Virus record (IMG/VR): IMGVR_UViG_3300017747_004204
Span: 1-40,582 of that record
Direction: 5' to 3' (one strand)
DNA from: a virus
Lineage: Duplodnaviria > Caudoviricetes
Length of the DNA: 40,582 nt
In this document: piece by piece, positions 1 to 7,596 of the stretch
Position numbering within the stretch: the first letter of the stretch is position 1
How the letters are laid out: the number at the start of each line of letters is the position of its first letter
Position numbers and translations under genes: made by a program
Notes under the pieces: generated by a model
The model's database searches: none
The model's input: the letters and a program-made list of their open reading frames with translations, nothing else
What the model was told of the DNA's origin: nothing

Positions 1-123
1 ACCTCGTCAGAAATCTTGCCCGCCTTGTCACGCTGAAGGGTAACGTCTAATAGCATGTGTGCCCGTAACCTGTTCGCAGCAGACAGGGCAAGTTATATCT
101 CTTCAAGTATACCATCTTTCGCT
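1..123. repeat. Terminal direct repeat (123 bp), copy 1; circular-assembly overlap
   Basis: 1-123 is identical to 40460-40582 and contains the portal start codon, so the contig closes into a circle. Confidence 0.97.
106..114 (-). promoter_or_regulatory. Extended -10 promoter for the portal/late operon
   Basis: Minus strand TGGTATACT about 50 nt upstream of the portal ATG (56 / 40515). Confidence 0.55.
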
Positions 124-139
124 GATCGTCGCCACGCAC

Positions 140-1384
140 CTACCACCTGGGGATAAACTGTTTACTAGTGGCAGTCCTGGCGGCGTGGTTGGGGATGAAT
201 TGGGCGGCAGCCGGTCGTTGGCTTGGTTTGTTGCTCACCATATGCAGGACGTACCGCAGGGCATCGCACGCATGGTCGTTCTCCTTGATCGGCTCCTCTG
301 GGGTATTTAGCCCTTGTTTTCCGTCTTTATACGAGTACGTTTCCAGCTCCCAGATAAGGTTGAAGCATGAGGAGTGGATGAAGAGCTTCTTGTTCTTCAA
401 CAGGCGCCGCACGGAATCGATCCCGGCTGTCACGTCCTTGTTGACCTCACGCACGTTCATTTTTTTTCGCCGCATCTCCTCGATCCTGTCTGGCTCAGCT
501 GGGTCAGGGAAAAAATCGTTGCCGCCAAGAGTCGATGCGTGCGCCAGGATCTCCTCTGTCGTCTTGCTGGTCTGGTAATACTCAGACACAACGTAAAAAT
601 TCCGATCGCGATCCTCAATGATTTCCAGCACCGCGCAGGGGTTGGTGAACCCCCAGTCGATGCCGACATGACGCATGACTATCGCTTTGATGATCTCCTT
701 GTCATCAAAAACGTGGACGTGACGATCAAACTCCTTGTAAACCAAGCCCTCTGTCTTGCGGAAGTCAGCGAGGTACTCTTGAGCAAAACGATCCTCTGTC
801 AGCTCCCCTTTCGCCTTGTCGAGCTCGGTCGCCGGGACGTGTGGGTTGTCGTAGCTCGTGTAGTGGAAGGATTTGTAATCTGAGTCCTTTGATTGCAGGT
901 TGTACAAATCGTACCAATGATTGAAGCCCTTGGGGGTCGAGATAAAAAGCCCCTGACCCACAGTGTCAGTCAGCGTAGGGCGGATGACCTCCTGCCAGTT
1001 GCCCCAGAAGTTTTTCATCATGGCCACCTCGTCGATCACAATGAAGTCGAAGCGCTGGCCTCGAAGGGTCTCAATTGCCTCCCAGCCGCGCAGCCAGATC
1101 GTGGACGTGCCACCCTTCACATTTTTGAGTGTCAGCTCAAGGCGGCTCTCGTTGACGTTCACAATGGCATCCAGGCAGATGCGCTTGAGTGTCTGCCAGG
1201 CGATATCTCTTGCCTGCTGGAATGTCGGGGCGATGTAGGCGATGCGTCGATCTGTGCCAAAAACGGCATAGGCTTTCATCTCCCACGCCGCGAGCTCTGT
1301 TTTGCCGAACCGACGGCCTGAGTTGACCACGCGGAATCGGTGCTTGTCACTTGCTATGACCGCCTGCGCTGGGGTCAGCTTCAT
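140..1384 (-). CDS. terL: Terminase large subunit
   Basis: Walker A GRRFGKT, Walker B IVIDEVA, STPKG coupling motif, RNase H-like GIDWGFTNP and DHACDALRY. ATG 1384 preferred over TTG 1393. Confidence 0.95.
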   Translation of the reverse strand: MKLTPAQAVIASDKHRFRVVNSGRRFGKTELAAWEMKAYAVFGTDRRIAYIAPTFQQARDIAWQTLKRICLDAIVNVNESRLELTLKNVKGGTSTIWLRGWEAIETLRGQRFDFIVIDEVAMMKNFWGNWQEVIRPTLTDTVGQGLFISTPKGFNHWYDLYNLQSKDSDYKSFHYTSYDNPHVPATELDKAKGELTEDRFAQEYLADFRKTEGLVYKEFDRHVHVFDDKEIIKAIVMRHVGIDWGFTNPCAVLEIIEDRDRNFYVVSEYYQTSKTTEEILAHASTLGGNDFFPDPAEPDRIEEMRRKKMNVREVNKDVTAGIDSVRRLLKNKKLFIHSSCFNLIWELETYSYKDGKQGLNTPEEPIKENDHACDALRYVLHMVSNKPSQRPAAAQFIPNHAARTATSKQFIPRW

Positions 1385-1856
1385 GTTTGCCAATCAATTC
1401 ACTAGGGATCACGAGGGGTTTGCCGCCGGAGGTTATATCCTGCTCTGTCTTTTCGCGATAGCCATGTCGCGCGCTGAGCATGAACTGGTTAAAGCGTGGA
1501 TTTCCAGCTCCTGAGTAACCTTTTTCAACAAGCATTTGCTCCTGTATGCCCTCTAAATGCTCCAGGGCTGCCGAGAACTCGTCATTGCGCTCTGCCCACG
1601 CTTGCAACGTCGTACGTGGCATTTTGAGCCACACAGAGAGCCCTGCAACGCTCGGCGGTCTTTCTGAGACCTCTTCTTTTACCTGATCGCTCATACCGCG
1701 TTCAGCTGTTGTCCGAGTCTTCTCCTGAATCACGATGGGGTTGTCCTTGCACCACTGTAAATATTCAAAAACCTTACCAACGTATTCTGGTTTATAGGTC
1801 GTTGGCCTTCCGCCGTCGTTTCCAACTGCGTGCTTGTTCCCAATGGGTCCTGGCAT
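1347..1856 (-). CDS. terS: Terminase small subunit
   Basis: GNKHAVGN..GGRPTTYKPEY N-terminus, HTH-like core, REKTEQDITSGGKP C-terminus; directly upstream of terL. Confidence 0.85.
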   Translation of the reverse strand: MPGPIGNKHAVGNDGGRPTTYKPEYVGKVFEYLQWCKDNPIVIQEKTRTTAERGMSDQVKEEVSERPPSVAGLSVWLKMPRTTLQAWAERNDEFSAALEHLEGIQEQMLVEKGYSGAGNPRFNQFMLSARHGYREKTEQDITSGGKPLVIPSELIGKHEADPSAGGHSK

Positions 1857-1862
1857 AACTCC

Positions 1863-1871
1863 ATTCTACCA
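1863..1871 (-). promoter_or_regulatory. Extended -10 promoter, probably giving a leaderless terS transcript
   Basis: Minus strand TGGTAGAAT ends 6 nt before the terS ATG. Confidence 0.55.
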
Positions 1872-1909
1872 CCTTTCGAGACTCTTTTCGACTTTCTAGA
1901 CACCCAAAA

Positions 1910-2330
1910 CACCCTCTGACACTCGGAACCAGAAAAAAAATTCATTTTTCTGACGGATGATTTGGGCTAATGTTAGCCTCCCTGACGCTCTGACAGATGT
2001 CCGCATAACCTTCATTTAATCAGCATCACTCACCTTCTCTGCCACCTACCTATACCCTATATAAAAAACTCTACTAGAAAGTAAAGACATAGGAAACATC
2101 CGTCCGAGTGTCACAGGGCTAATCTTAGCCATTATTTCGGTGTCAAAACTCTGACGGATCACGAAAAATTCGGGAAATTCGGGGATTTGGACGAAAAATT
2201 TAAGCTTAAATTTTGGCGAGACCCTCCAAAAGAGGGTAAAAAACCCATTCCGGAACCGTCTATCTGTCACAAACACTTTTTTAAGCTCAATTTGCCCCTT
2301 TTGTCAAGAATCTCTGACACTTTATCTGAA
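1910..2330. other. Putative replication origin (iteron-like TGAC repeats)
   Basis: Divergent intergenic region with about 10 TGAC(A/G) copies in both orientations, a 13/14 inverted repeat (1914-1927 / 2103-2116), a direct repeat GGGCTAATnTTAGCC and A-tracts; upstream of helicase/primase. Confidence 0.55.
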
Positions 2331-2349
2331 CAGCGCGTCTGCTCTCAGC

Positions 2350-2389
2350 TTATCCACATCTTGCCTAATCTGTTTTAAGTTCTTATAAT
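2350..2389 (+). promoter_or_regulatory. Sigma70-type promoter preceded by a DnaA box
   Basis: TTATCCACA (2350-2358), then TTGCCT-17 nt-TATAAT (2361-2389). Confidence 0.75.
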
Positions 2390-2415
2390 TAATCCATTAC
2401 TATTGTTATGCATAC

Positions 2416-2652
2416 ATGTCCAAGACTCTACTAGAGCAAGCGAAAGGGTTCGTTCGCGCGAATAAAACTGTAGAGCAGATTTCTCGTGACCATTTTGATT
2501 TGGCTATTGCCTTTGTAAAAGGAGAAGTTAACTGCTCGCAAATTGCAAAAGTACTTGGAAAAGAACCCAGCCACACCTATGTTCTTATCTCGCGCTCCCT
2601 TCGAGAAGCCTTCTCTAGGGGTGAACTAGATATCAAGCTAAAAGGCGAATGA
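2416..2652 (+). CDS. Small HTH-like DNA-binding protein
   Basis: CSQIAKVLGKEPSHTYVLI is HTH-like; flanked by its own promoter and terminator; resembles 15839..16093. Confidence 0.6.
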   Translation: MSKTLLEQAKGFVRANKTVEQISRDHFDLAIAFVKGEVNCSQIAKVLGKEPSHTYVLISRSLREAFSRGELDIKLKGE

Positions 2653-2692
2653 TAGAGTTACGCCTTCGATAGGCGTTCCAGGATGAGTGAAA

Positions 2693-2718
2693 GGGAGTCA
2701 ATAATTTGACTCTCTTTT
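2693..2718 (+). terminator. Intrinsic terminator
   Basis: GGGAGTCAA-TAAT-TTGACTCTC followed by TTTT. Confidence 0.7.
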
Positions 2719-2777
2719 GCTGAACAGAAAACCAGTCAACCCCCACCAGCCCTCAACATTCACGCTCCCATCCCGCG

Positions 2778-2814
2778 TTATCCCCAGCGCCCCACTCACT
2801 CACTGTGGTATCAT
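2778..2814 (+). promoter_or_regulatory. Extended -10 promoter with a degenerate DnaA box (replication operon)
   Basis: TTATCCCCA (2778-2786) and TGTGGTATCAT (2804-2814). Confidence 0.5.
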
Positions 2815-2929
2815 CAACGCAGAGATAAAACGAGTAACTTTGTCCGCAGTTCTACTCGCACAGCGATCCGCAAGGATCACGTCTACTCGGCGTTTCTCTC
2901 TGTGCGAGTTGAATTGCGGATTTGTGTCT

Positions 2930-4321
2930 ATGGCTCAAAAAAGTGCTGCACCCGCCGTCCACTCAACGACACTCGCCTTTGAGTTTGTCGCTGCGGAAGA
3001 GTTTGCCGACATCCACTACCTCCCATCCCGTGACGAGTGGCTGCAAAAGAACCATCACCATTACGAGCACGTCCCCTACCAGGTGCTCTTCAAGCGTTTC
3101 TGGCGCTACGCAGCGTCCAAGTGGCGCGGCACCCATTTCCCAGAGTCCAAGATCAAAGACGCCTTCAAGCAGTACCAGATGGCGACTGACAAGGTGCTCA
3201 CCAGCGAGGACGACGACTGCGTAGCCTTCCAGGATGGAATCTATCACCTCCCCACAGGCGCATTTGACCCAGACAACACGGAAGGGCGCTCTGTTACCTT
3301 CCACCTCCCCTACAACTACAGCGACATCCAGAATGCCGAAGCACCGCGCTGGCACGCCTTCCTCGAACAAGTCCTCCTCGAATCCGAAGACCCCAACGCC
3401 CCGCACGATCCCACTCTCGCCGCCCTCCTCCAAGAATGCTTTGGTTACACCCTGTTCGGCTCTACCGCGGCTGAGACGGCCTTCTTCTTCGTAGGCGACG
3501 GAGCCAACGGCAAGGGCGTCGTGGCACACCAGCTCCATGCCATCATTGGAGAGCGCCTAACAACAGCCATGAGCCTCGAGACGCTCACCACGCGCCCGTT
3601 CTCAGTTGCCTCACTGGTCGGCAAGCGCCTCAACCTATCCACAGAGGAAGAGTCGAAGTTCATGAAGAGCGACAAGTTCAAGGCTCTCGTCTCAGGAGAA
3701 ACCGTCACGGCTGAGCGCAAGTTCGGAGACTCCTTCGAGTTCCAGCCCCGTGCGAAGTTCGTCTTCCTCTCGAACCAGATCCCATCCTTCTCAGGTCTCA
3801 ACTACGGCATCATCCGGCGCCTCAAGATCCTCCCCTTCTACCGTAAGTTCCTGCCACAAGATCGCGATACGCGCCTCAAGTACACGCTGGCCAAGACGGA
3901 GCTCCCAGGCATCATCCGTTGGGCCTTGGAGGGAGCCACTCGCCTCGCCAACAACAACTTTGTCTTCACCCAGTCCGAAGCAGCTGAGAGTGCTCTCCGC
4001 GAGTTTGAGTCGGACTCCTCATCCGCTGTGCGCTTCTTCCGTGAGACCTACTCACCAGACGACACCTCAGCCCCCGGCACCTTCACCTGCAACGCTCTCA
4101 TCTACGAGACCTATAAGACCTGGTGCGATCTGACAGGTAAGAAGCCGCTCTCAAACGTCAACTTCTTCCGCGATGCAAAACCAGCCGGATTCACAAAAGT
4201 CGCCGTCCGCGCCTTCTGCACCGCGCACGCCCGCTGGGAACGCGGTTATCACCTGAAGCCAAAATCAGACGCACCAAACGAGTCTGAACTGGATACGGAC
4301 ACTGTTCCCTCCTTCCTATGA
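2930..4321 (+). CDS. SF3 (D5 / P4-alpha family) DNA helicase
   Basis: D5_N-like AFQDGIYHL, Walker A GDGANGKG, Walker B LSTEE, motif C FVFLSN, Arg finger IIRR, winged-helix C-terminus. ATG 2930 (TATG context) preferred over TTG 2717. Confidence 0.92.
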   Translation: MAQKSAAPAVHSTTLAFEFVAAEEFADIHYLPSRDEWLQKNHHHYEHVPYQVLFKRFWRYAASKWRGTHFPESKIKDAFKQYQMATDKVLTSEDDDCVAFQDGIYHLPTGAFDPDNTEGRSVTFHLPYNYSDIQNAEAPRWHAFLEQVLLESEDPNAPHDPTLAALLQECFGYTLFGSTAAETAFFFVGDGANGKGVVAHQLHAIIGERLTTAMSLETLTTRPFSVASLVGKRLNLSTEEESKFMKSDKFKALVSGETVTAERKFGDSFEFQPRAKFVFLSNQIPSFSGLNYGIIRRLKILPFYRKFLPQDRDTRLKYTLAKTELPGIIRWALEGATRLANNNFVFTQSEAAESALREFESDSSSAVRFFRETYSPDDTSAPGTFTCNALIYETYKTWCDLTGKKPLSNVNFFRDAKPAGFTKVAVRAFCTAHARWERGYHLKPKSDAPNESELDTDTVPSFL

Positions 4322-5121
4322 GCCTCCTTCCAACAGCTCTCGACTATCTCGCCAAAAATTGGCCAGTTATCCCATGCCGCCTGTGGTTCAAAAACCCCGG
4401 CGACACTCGCGCTGAGAAGATCCCCCTCGTGCGCTGGAAGCCCTACCAGGACGCCCTCCCGACCCCCCAAGAACTCACCAAGTGGTTCACTCAGTGGCCC
4501 ACAGCTCAACTAGGCCTCGTCACAGGCCCGGGGGTGGGACTCATGGTGGTCGACATCGACCTCGGCGCCACTGACGCTGACATCGCCTCACTGCAACTCC
4601 CTACGACGCTGATCTCCAAAACGCCATCTGGAGGCCGACACGTCTTCCTGCGCTACCCAAAGAATAAGAAGGTGAAGACCGTCGCAGGCTTCCGTCCCCA
4701 TATCGACATCAGAGGCGATGGGGGATTCGTCGTGATCCCGCCCTCCAAATACCCCAACGGCGTTCCCTACGAGTGGCTGATTGATCCCGAGTACGCTGAC
4801 ATCGCGGAGGCTCCAGAGCACCTCCTCTCTCTCATCTCCGACGACACAACCTCCACCCAGCGCACCGACTACAAAGCAATCGCCTTCGGAGCCCCCCAGG
4901 GACAGCGTAACCACAGCGCCGCTGTCATGGCTGGCTGCCTCCTCCTCAACCTGCACCCCTCGCTCTGGAACGATGTCGCATGGCCACTCCTTAGGGCATG
5001 GAATAAACAAAATTCCCCGCCCCTCGAAGATTTTGAACTTCTCCTCGTCTTCAACTCCATCGCCCGTTCCGAGTGGTGCCGGCAGGAACGCATCTACACA
5101 ACACAAACGAATGACCTATGA
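4318..5121 (+). CDS. Bifunctional DNA primase/polymerase (Prim-Pol) with PriCT-like C-terminus
   Basis: WPVIP, VVDID, TPSGGRHVF, IDIRGDGGFVVIPPS, GQRN...WN..NSPPL. Confidence 0.92.
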   Translation: MSLLPTALDYLAKNWPVIPCRLWFKNPGDTRAEKIPLVRWKPYQDALPTPQELTKWFTQWPTAQLGLVTGPGVGLMVVDIDLGATDADIASLQLPTTLISKTPSGGRHVFLRYPKNKKVKTVAGFRPHIDIRGDGGFVVIPPSKYPNGVPYEWLIDPEYADIAEAPEHLLSLISDDTTSTQRTDYKAIAFGAPQGQRNHSAAVMAGCLLLNLHPSLWNDVAWPLLRAWNKQNSPPLEDFELLLVFNSIARSEWCRQERIYTTQTNDL

Positions 5122-5345
5122 CCCTCCACTGTCTAAAGTGCGACACCCTCGCACCCGCAAGAATCACGATCACCTTCTTCAAAGTCAACCCTCCACCCAC
5201 AGATCCCCGCCTTCCCAAGTGGGCCTTCCACCTGACCGCGTACTGCGGATCATGCGACGCCTACATCAAGCACCTGCCGCAAGAGGTTGACACCATCAAC
5301 GACCTGAAAGGCGCGACGCTGATACCTCTGTCGCAGCTGCTATGA
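5118..5345 (+). CDS. Small zinc-finger protein
   Basis: CLKC...CGSC, AYIKHLPQ; ATGA coupling on both sides. Confidence 0.7.
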   Translation: MTLHCLKCDTLAPARITITFFKVNPPPTDPRLPKWAFHLTAYCGSCDAYIKHLPQEVDTINDLKGATLIPLSQLL

Positions 5346-5563
5346 AAAATAAGAAGACTCCCTACATCCGCGATACGCGTCTCGAAGAGCGCGTAAAATC
5401 CCTGCGTATCAACTTTGGCAATAAGGATCACATTCGCATCTCACTACTCTGGGGTGATCTCTCCCCGCTCTATGCCAGAGAAACAAAAGGCAAGATCGTC
5501 CTCTCCAAGATCACAGACCTAGAAAATCAGCTAGAGACCCTCTTGACAAAAGTAGGTGTATGA
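5342..5563 (+). CDS. Hypothetical protein
   Basis: ATGA-coupled ORF in the operon. Confidence 0.65.
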   Translation: MKNKKTPYIRDTRLEERVKSLRINFGNKDHIRISLLWGDLSPLYARETKGKIVLSKITDLENQLETLLTKVGV

Positions 5564-5766
5564 AATCCCCTCTCTCACCGGCTGAGCGCTATCACAAGCG
5601 CAGGATTCGTAACGCGGAGTATGCGCTTAAAAGATACCAACCAAAGACGCACAAGGACGAAAACGGAAAACCGTTGTGCGGGAAAGAAGGAGCCACCGCA
5701 CTACACAAGCGGTGGTCTTCTGTACGCTGTAAAACCTGCCTTACATTGCAAAATCAGCGACATTGA
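5560..5766 (+). CDS. Hypothetical basic protein with a His/Cys Zn-binding motif
   Basis: H...PLCG...VRCKTC; ATGA-coupled. Confidence 0.6.
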   Translation: MKSPLSPAERYHKRRIRNAEYALKRYQPKTHKDENGKPLCGKEGATALHKRWSSVRCKTCLTLQNQRH

Positions 5767-5807
5767 TTGACTGTGGATAACGTTTAGCTGTATATGTGGT
5801 ATAACAT
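5767..5807 (+). promoter_or_regulatory. DnaA box plus extended -10 promoter
   Basis: TTGACTGTGGATAA (box 5772-5780) and TGTGGTATAACAT (5795-5807). Confidence 0.7.
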
Positions 5808-5840
5808 AGCTATCACACATTACTCCTAGAGAAAACGAGT

Positions 5841-6260
5841 ATGCAGACGTTTCTGCCAGATCCGTCCTACGCCCGTTCAGCCCGAGTCCTTGATCGCCAG
5901 AGACTCGGCAAACAGCGCATCGAAGTTCTGCAAATACTGAGAGCCATTCACGGCCTCTCCAAGGGCTGGACTAACCACCCCTGCGTCAAGCTCTGGGAGC
6001 ACCACGCGGACGCTCTGGCCTCCTACGGCCTCGCCATCTGCGACGAGTGGATCTCCCGCGGCTACAAGGACACAACACGCCCAAAGATCGCCGCGTTCCT
6101 TACTTGCCACGCCAAGCTCCCAACATTCCACGCCTCCTTCCACCGCGCCCATCGCTCACTACTCCTGCGTAAGAATCCTGCCCACTATCGCCCACATTGG
6201 CCTACCCTCTCCGACGCTATCCCCTTCATTTGGCCGAATGGTCTCGTGTCGAAATCCTAA
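5841..6260 (+). CDS. Pyrimidine-dimer DNA glycosylase / T4 endonuclease V-like protein (MSMEG_6728-type)
   Basis: MQTFLP...LDRQRLGKQRIE..QIL, GWTNHPCVKLW, HRSLLLRKNPAHY. Confidence 0.85.
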   Translation: MQTFLPDPSYARSARVLDRQRLGKQRIEVLQILRAIHGLSKGWTNHPCVKLWEHHADALASYGLAICDEWISRGYKDTTRPKIAAFLTCHAKLPTFHASFHRAHRSLLLRKNPAHYRPHWPTLSDAIPFIWPNGLVSKS

Positions 6261-6268
6261 ACCTCAGT

Positions 6269-6478
6269 ATGCGCTTTATCAAATCTCAAAATAGCAGCAA
6301 CATTAAAGACCTTGTTTCTGAAAAGCCCTATGCGGCAACACGCAGGCAAGGTGATACCTTCGTGTTTCAACCACGCACCAAGTTCGTGTTTCTAGCATCT
6401 GAGATGCCGAATTTCGCAAAAGCGATGGAGGAATTTGCGCAAGTGAAAAAGCTGGTGGGAAAAAGATTCTGGTGGTGA
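6269..6478 (+). CDS. 69-aa stand-alone paralog of the SF3 helicase motif B'-C segment
   Basis: IKDLVSEKPYAATRRQGDTFVFQPRTKFVFLASEMPNF aligns to helicase FKALVSGETVTAERKFGDSFEFQPRAKFVFLSNQIPSF; ATG 6269 in TATG context. Confidence 0.75.
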   Translation: MRFIKSQNSSNIKDLVSEKPYAATRRQGDTFVFQPRTKFVFLASEMPNFAKAMEEFAQVKKLVGKRFWW

Positions 6479-6491
6479 TCAAATAACTTGT

Positions 6492-6857
6492 ATGCGACAA
6501 ATAAAATTCAGAGCGTGGGACGCGAGTGAGAAACAAATGGTCGACTGGCCTCACCTGGTGAATGACCCAGACGACTACCTCCACGGCCTAATGTTGGGCG
6601 AGATTCCCGAGGACCATCTCATGCAGTTCACCGGCCTCCTCGATAAGAACGGGAAGCCCATCTGTGAGGGGGACATTATTGCCAAAATAATAAATGGAGA
6701 GCGTAGGTATCCCAGCTCCATTGAGACAGAGATGGAAAATAACTGCGGTGAATGTGGATGGGTCTATGGGTGGAATATGCCTGATAACAAAGAGAAAATA
6801 TCAAAAGTCTGGGAGATCATCGGCAACATTCACGAGAATCCTGAGCTACTTAAATAG
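6492..6857 (+). CDS. YopX family protein
   Basis: MRQIKFRAWD, LMQFTGLLDKNGKPICEGDI, EIIGNIHENPELL. Confidence 0.93.
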   Translation: MRQIKFRAWDASEKQMVDWPHLVNDPDDYLHGLMLGEIPEDHLMQFTGLLDKNGKPICEGDIIAKIINGERRYPSSIETEMENNCGECGWVYGWNMPDNKEKISKVWEIIGNIHENPELLK

Positions 6858-6862
6858 ACCCT

Positions 6863-7054
6863 ATGCCTAAATACGTTTGGGGCGACACATTGAAAGCGAC
6901 TCGTCTAGCACTGAGCAACGGTGTTGTTCCAGAAAACGCAACTAATCTGGCCCAGTTTCTAAAATACAATAAAGATGGTCGCCTGCGTATCCTACGATTT
7001 GGCTACTCCTCCGTAGAGACGTGGGCTCCTGAGTTTTGGAGAAAGGATAAGTAA
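6863..7054 (+). CDS. Hypothetical protein
   Basis: TATG start; tightly packed in the operon. Confidence 0.6.
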   Translation: MPKYVWGDTLKATRLALSNGVVPENATNLAQFLKYNKDGRLRILRFGYSSVETWAPEFWRKDK

Positions 7055-7062
7055 TCCAACTT

Positions 7063-7242
7063 ATGCCCGACCCAATCTTCCCCACCGTCTGCGCGGACTG
7101 CTCGGAGCCCATGGATCATGAGGAGGTGCTCGACTCGCTAGAGAACCATGACGCCCCACTCTGCGTCTTCTGCCTACCGATCCGGCGTCAGGAGAACTAT
7201 GACGAGCTACGCTCTAAAGAACTTGAACACGAACTATGCTAG
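7063..7242 (+). CDS. Small zinc-finger protein (59 aa, not in ORF track)
   Basis: Manual translation MPDPIFPTVCADC...PLCVFC...; TATG start. Confidence 0.6.
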   Translation: MPDPIFPTVCADCSEPMDHEEVLDSLENHDAPLCVFCLPIRRQENYDELRSKELEHELC

Positions 7243-7353
7243 CCCTTCAAAAGCTTTTCAACCTATCCCCAGCCTTCAAGCTCAATTTCCTCTCACACAT
7301 CCAAGGCCGAGCTCGACGCTCGATACTCACAAGATTGCTCTGGTCTTAAAGGC

Positions 7354-7593
7354 ATGAAAATCGCTTACCTCCTCATCCTCGCAGCAACCTTCCTATCTCT
7401 CTCCTCAGTCCTTCACTCTGCCAATGGGCTCAAAAGCGACGTGACTGCCTTACAGGTCTCAAAGACCGTAGCCCTACAGATGAGAGCAGAGTTCTGCGCT
7501 AAGAAAGCAGCGAATTACGCCTACGTCCTTGATAAGAAGTTCTACTCGGAAGAGGGGGCGCAGAGGATTTATAGAGCGTGCTTAAACGAATGA
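7354..7593 (+). CDS. Hypothetical exported or membrane-anchored protein
   Basis: N-terminal hydrophobic signal-like segment, two Cys. Confidence 0.6.
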   Translation: MKIAYLLILAATFLSLSSVLHSANGLKSDVTALQVSKTVALQMRAEFCAKKAANYAYVLDKKFYSEEGAQRIYRACLNE

Positions 7594-7596
7594 ATC

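Noticed and set aside
2046-2378. ORFs 2046..2276 (-) and 2187..2378 (+)
   Set aside because: They lie in the repeat-rich origin-like region, have non-ATG starts and show no protein features
2717-2929. N-terminal 71-aa extension of the helicase from TTG 2717
   Set aside because: It overlaps a terminator tail, a promoter-like element and a long hairpin; ATG 2930 fits the genome's start context
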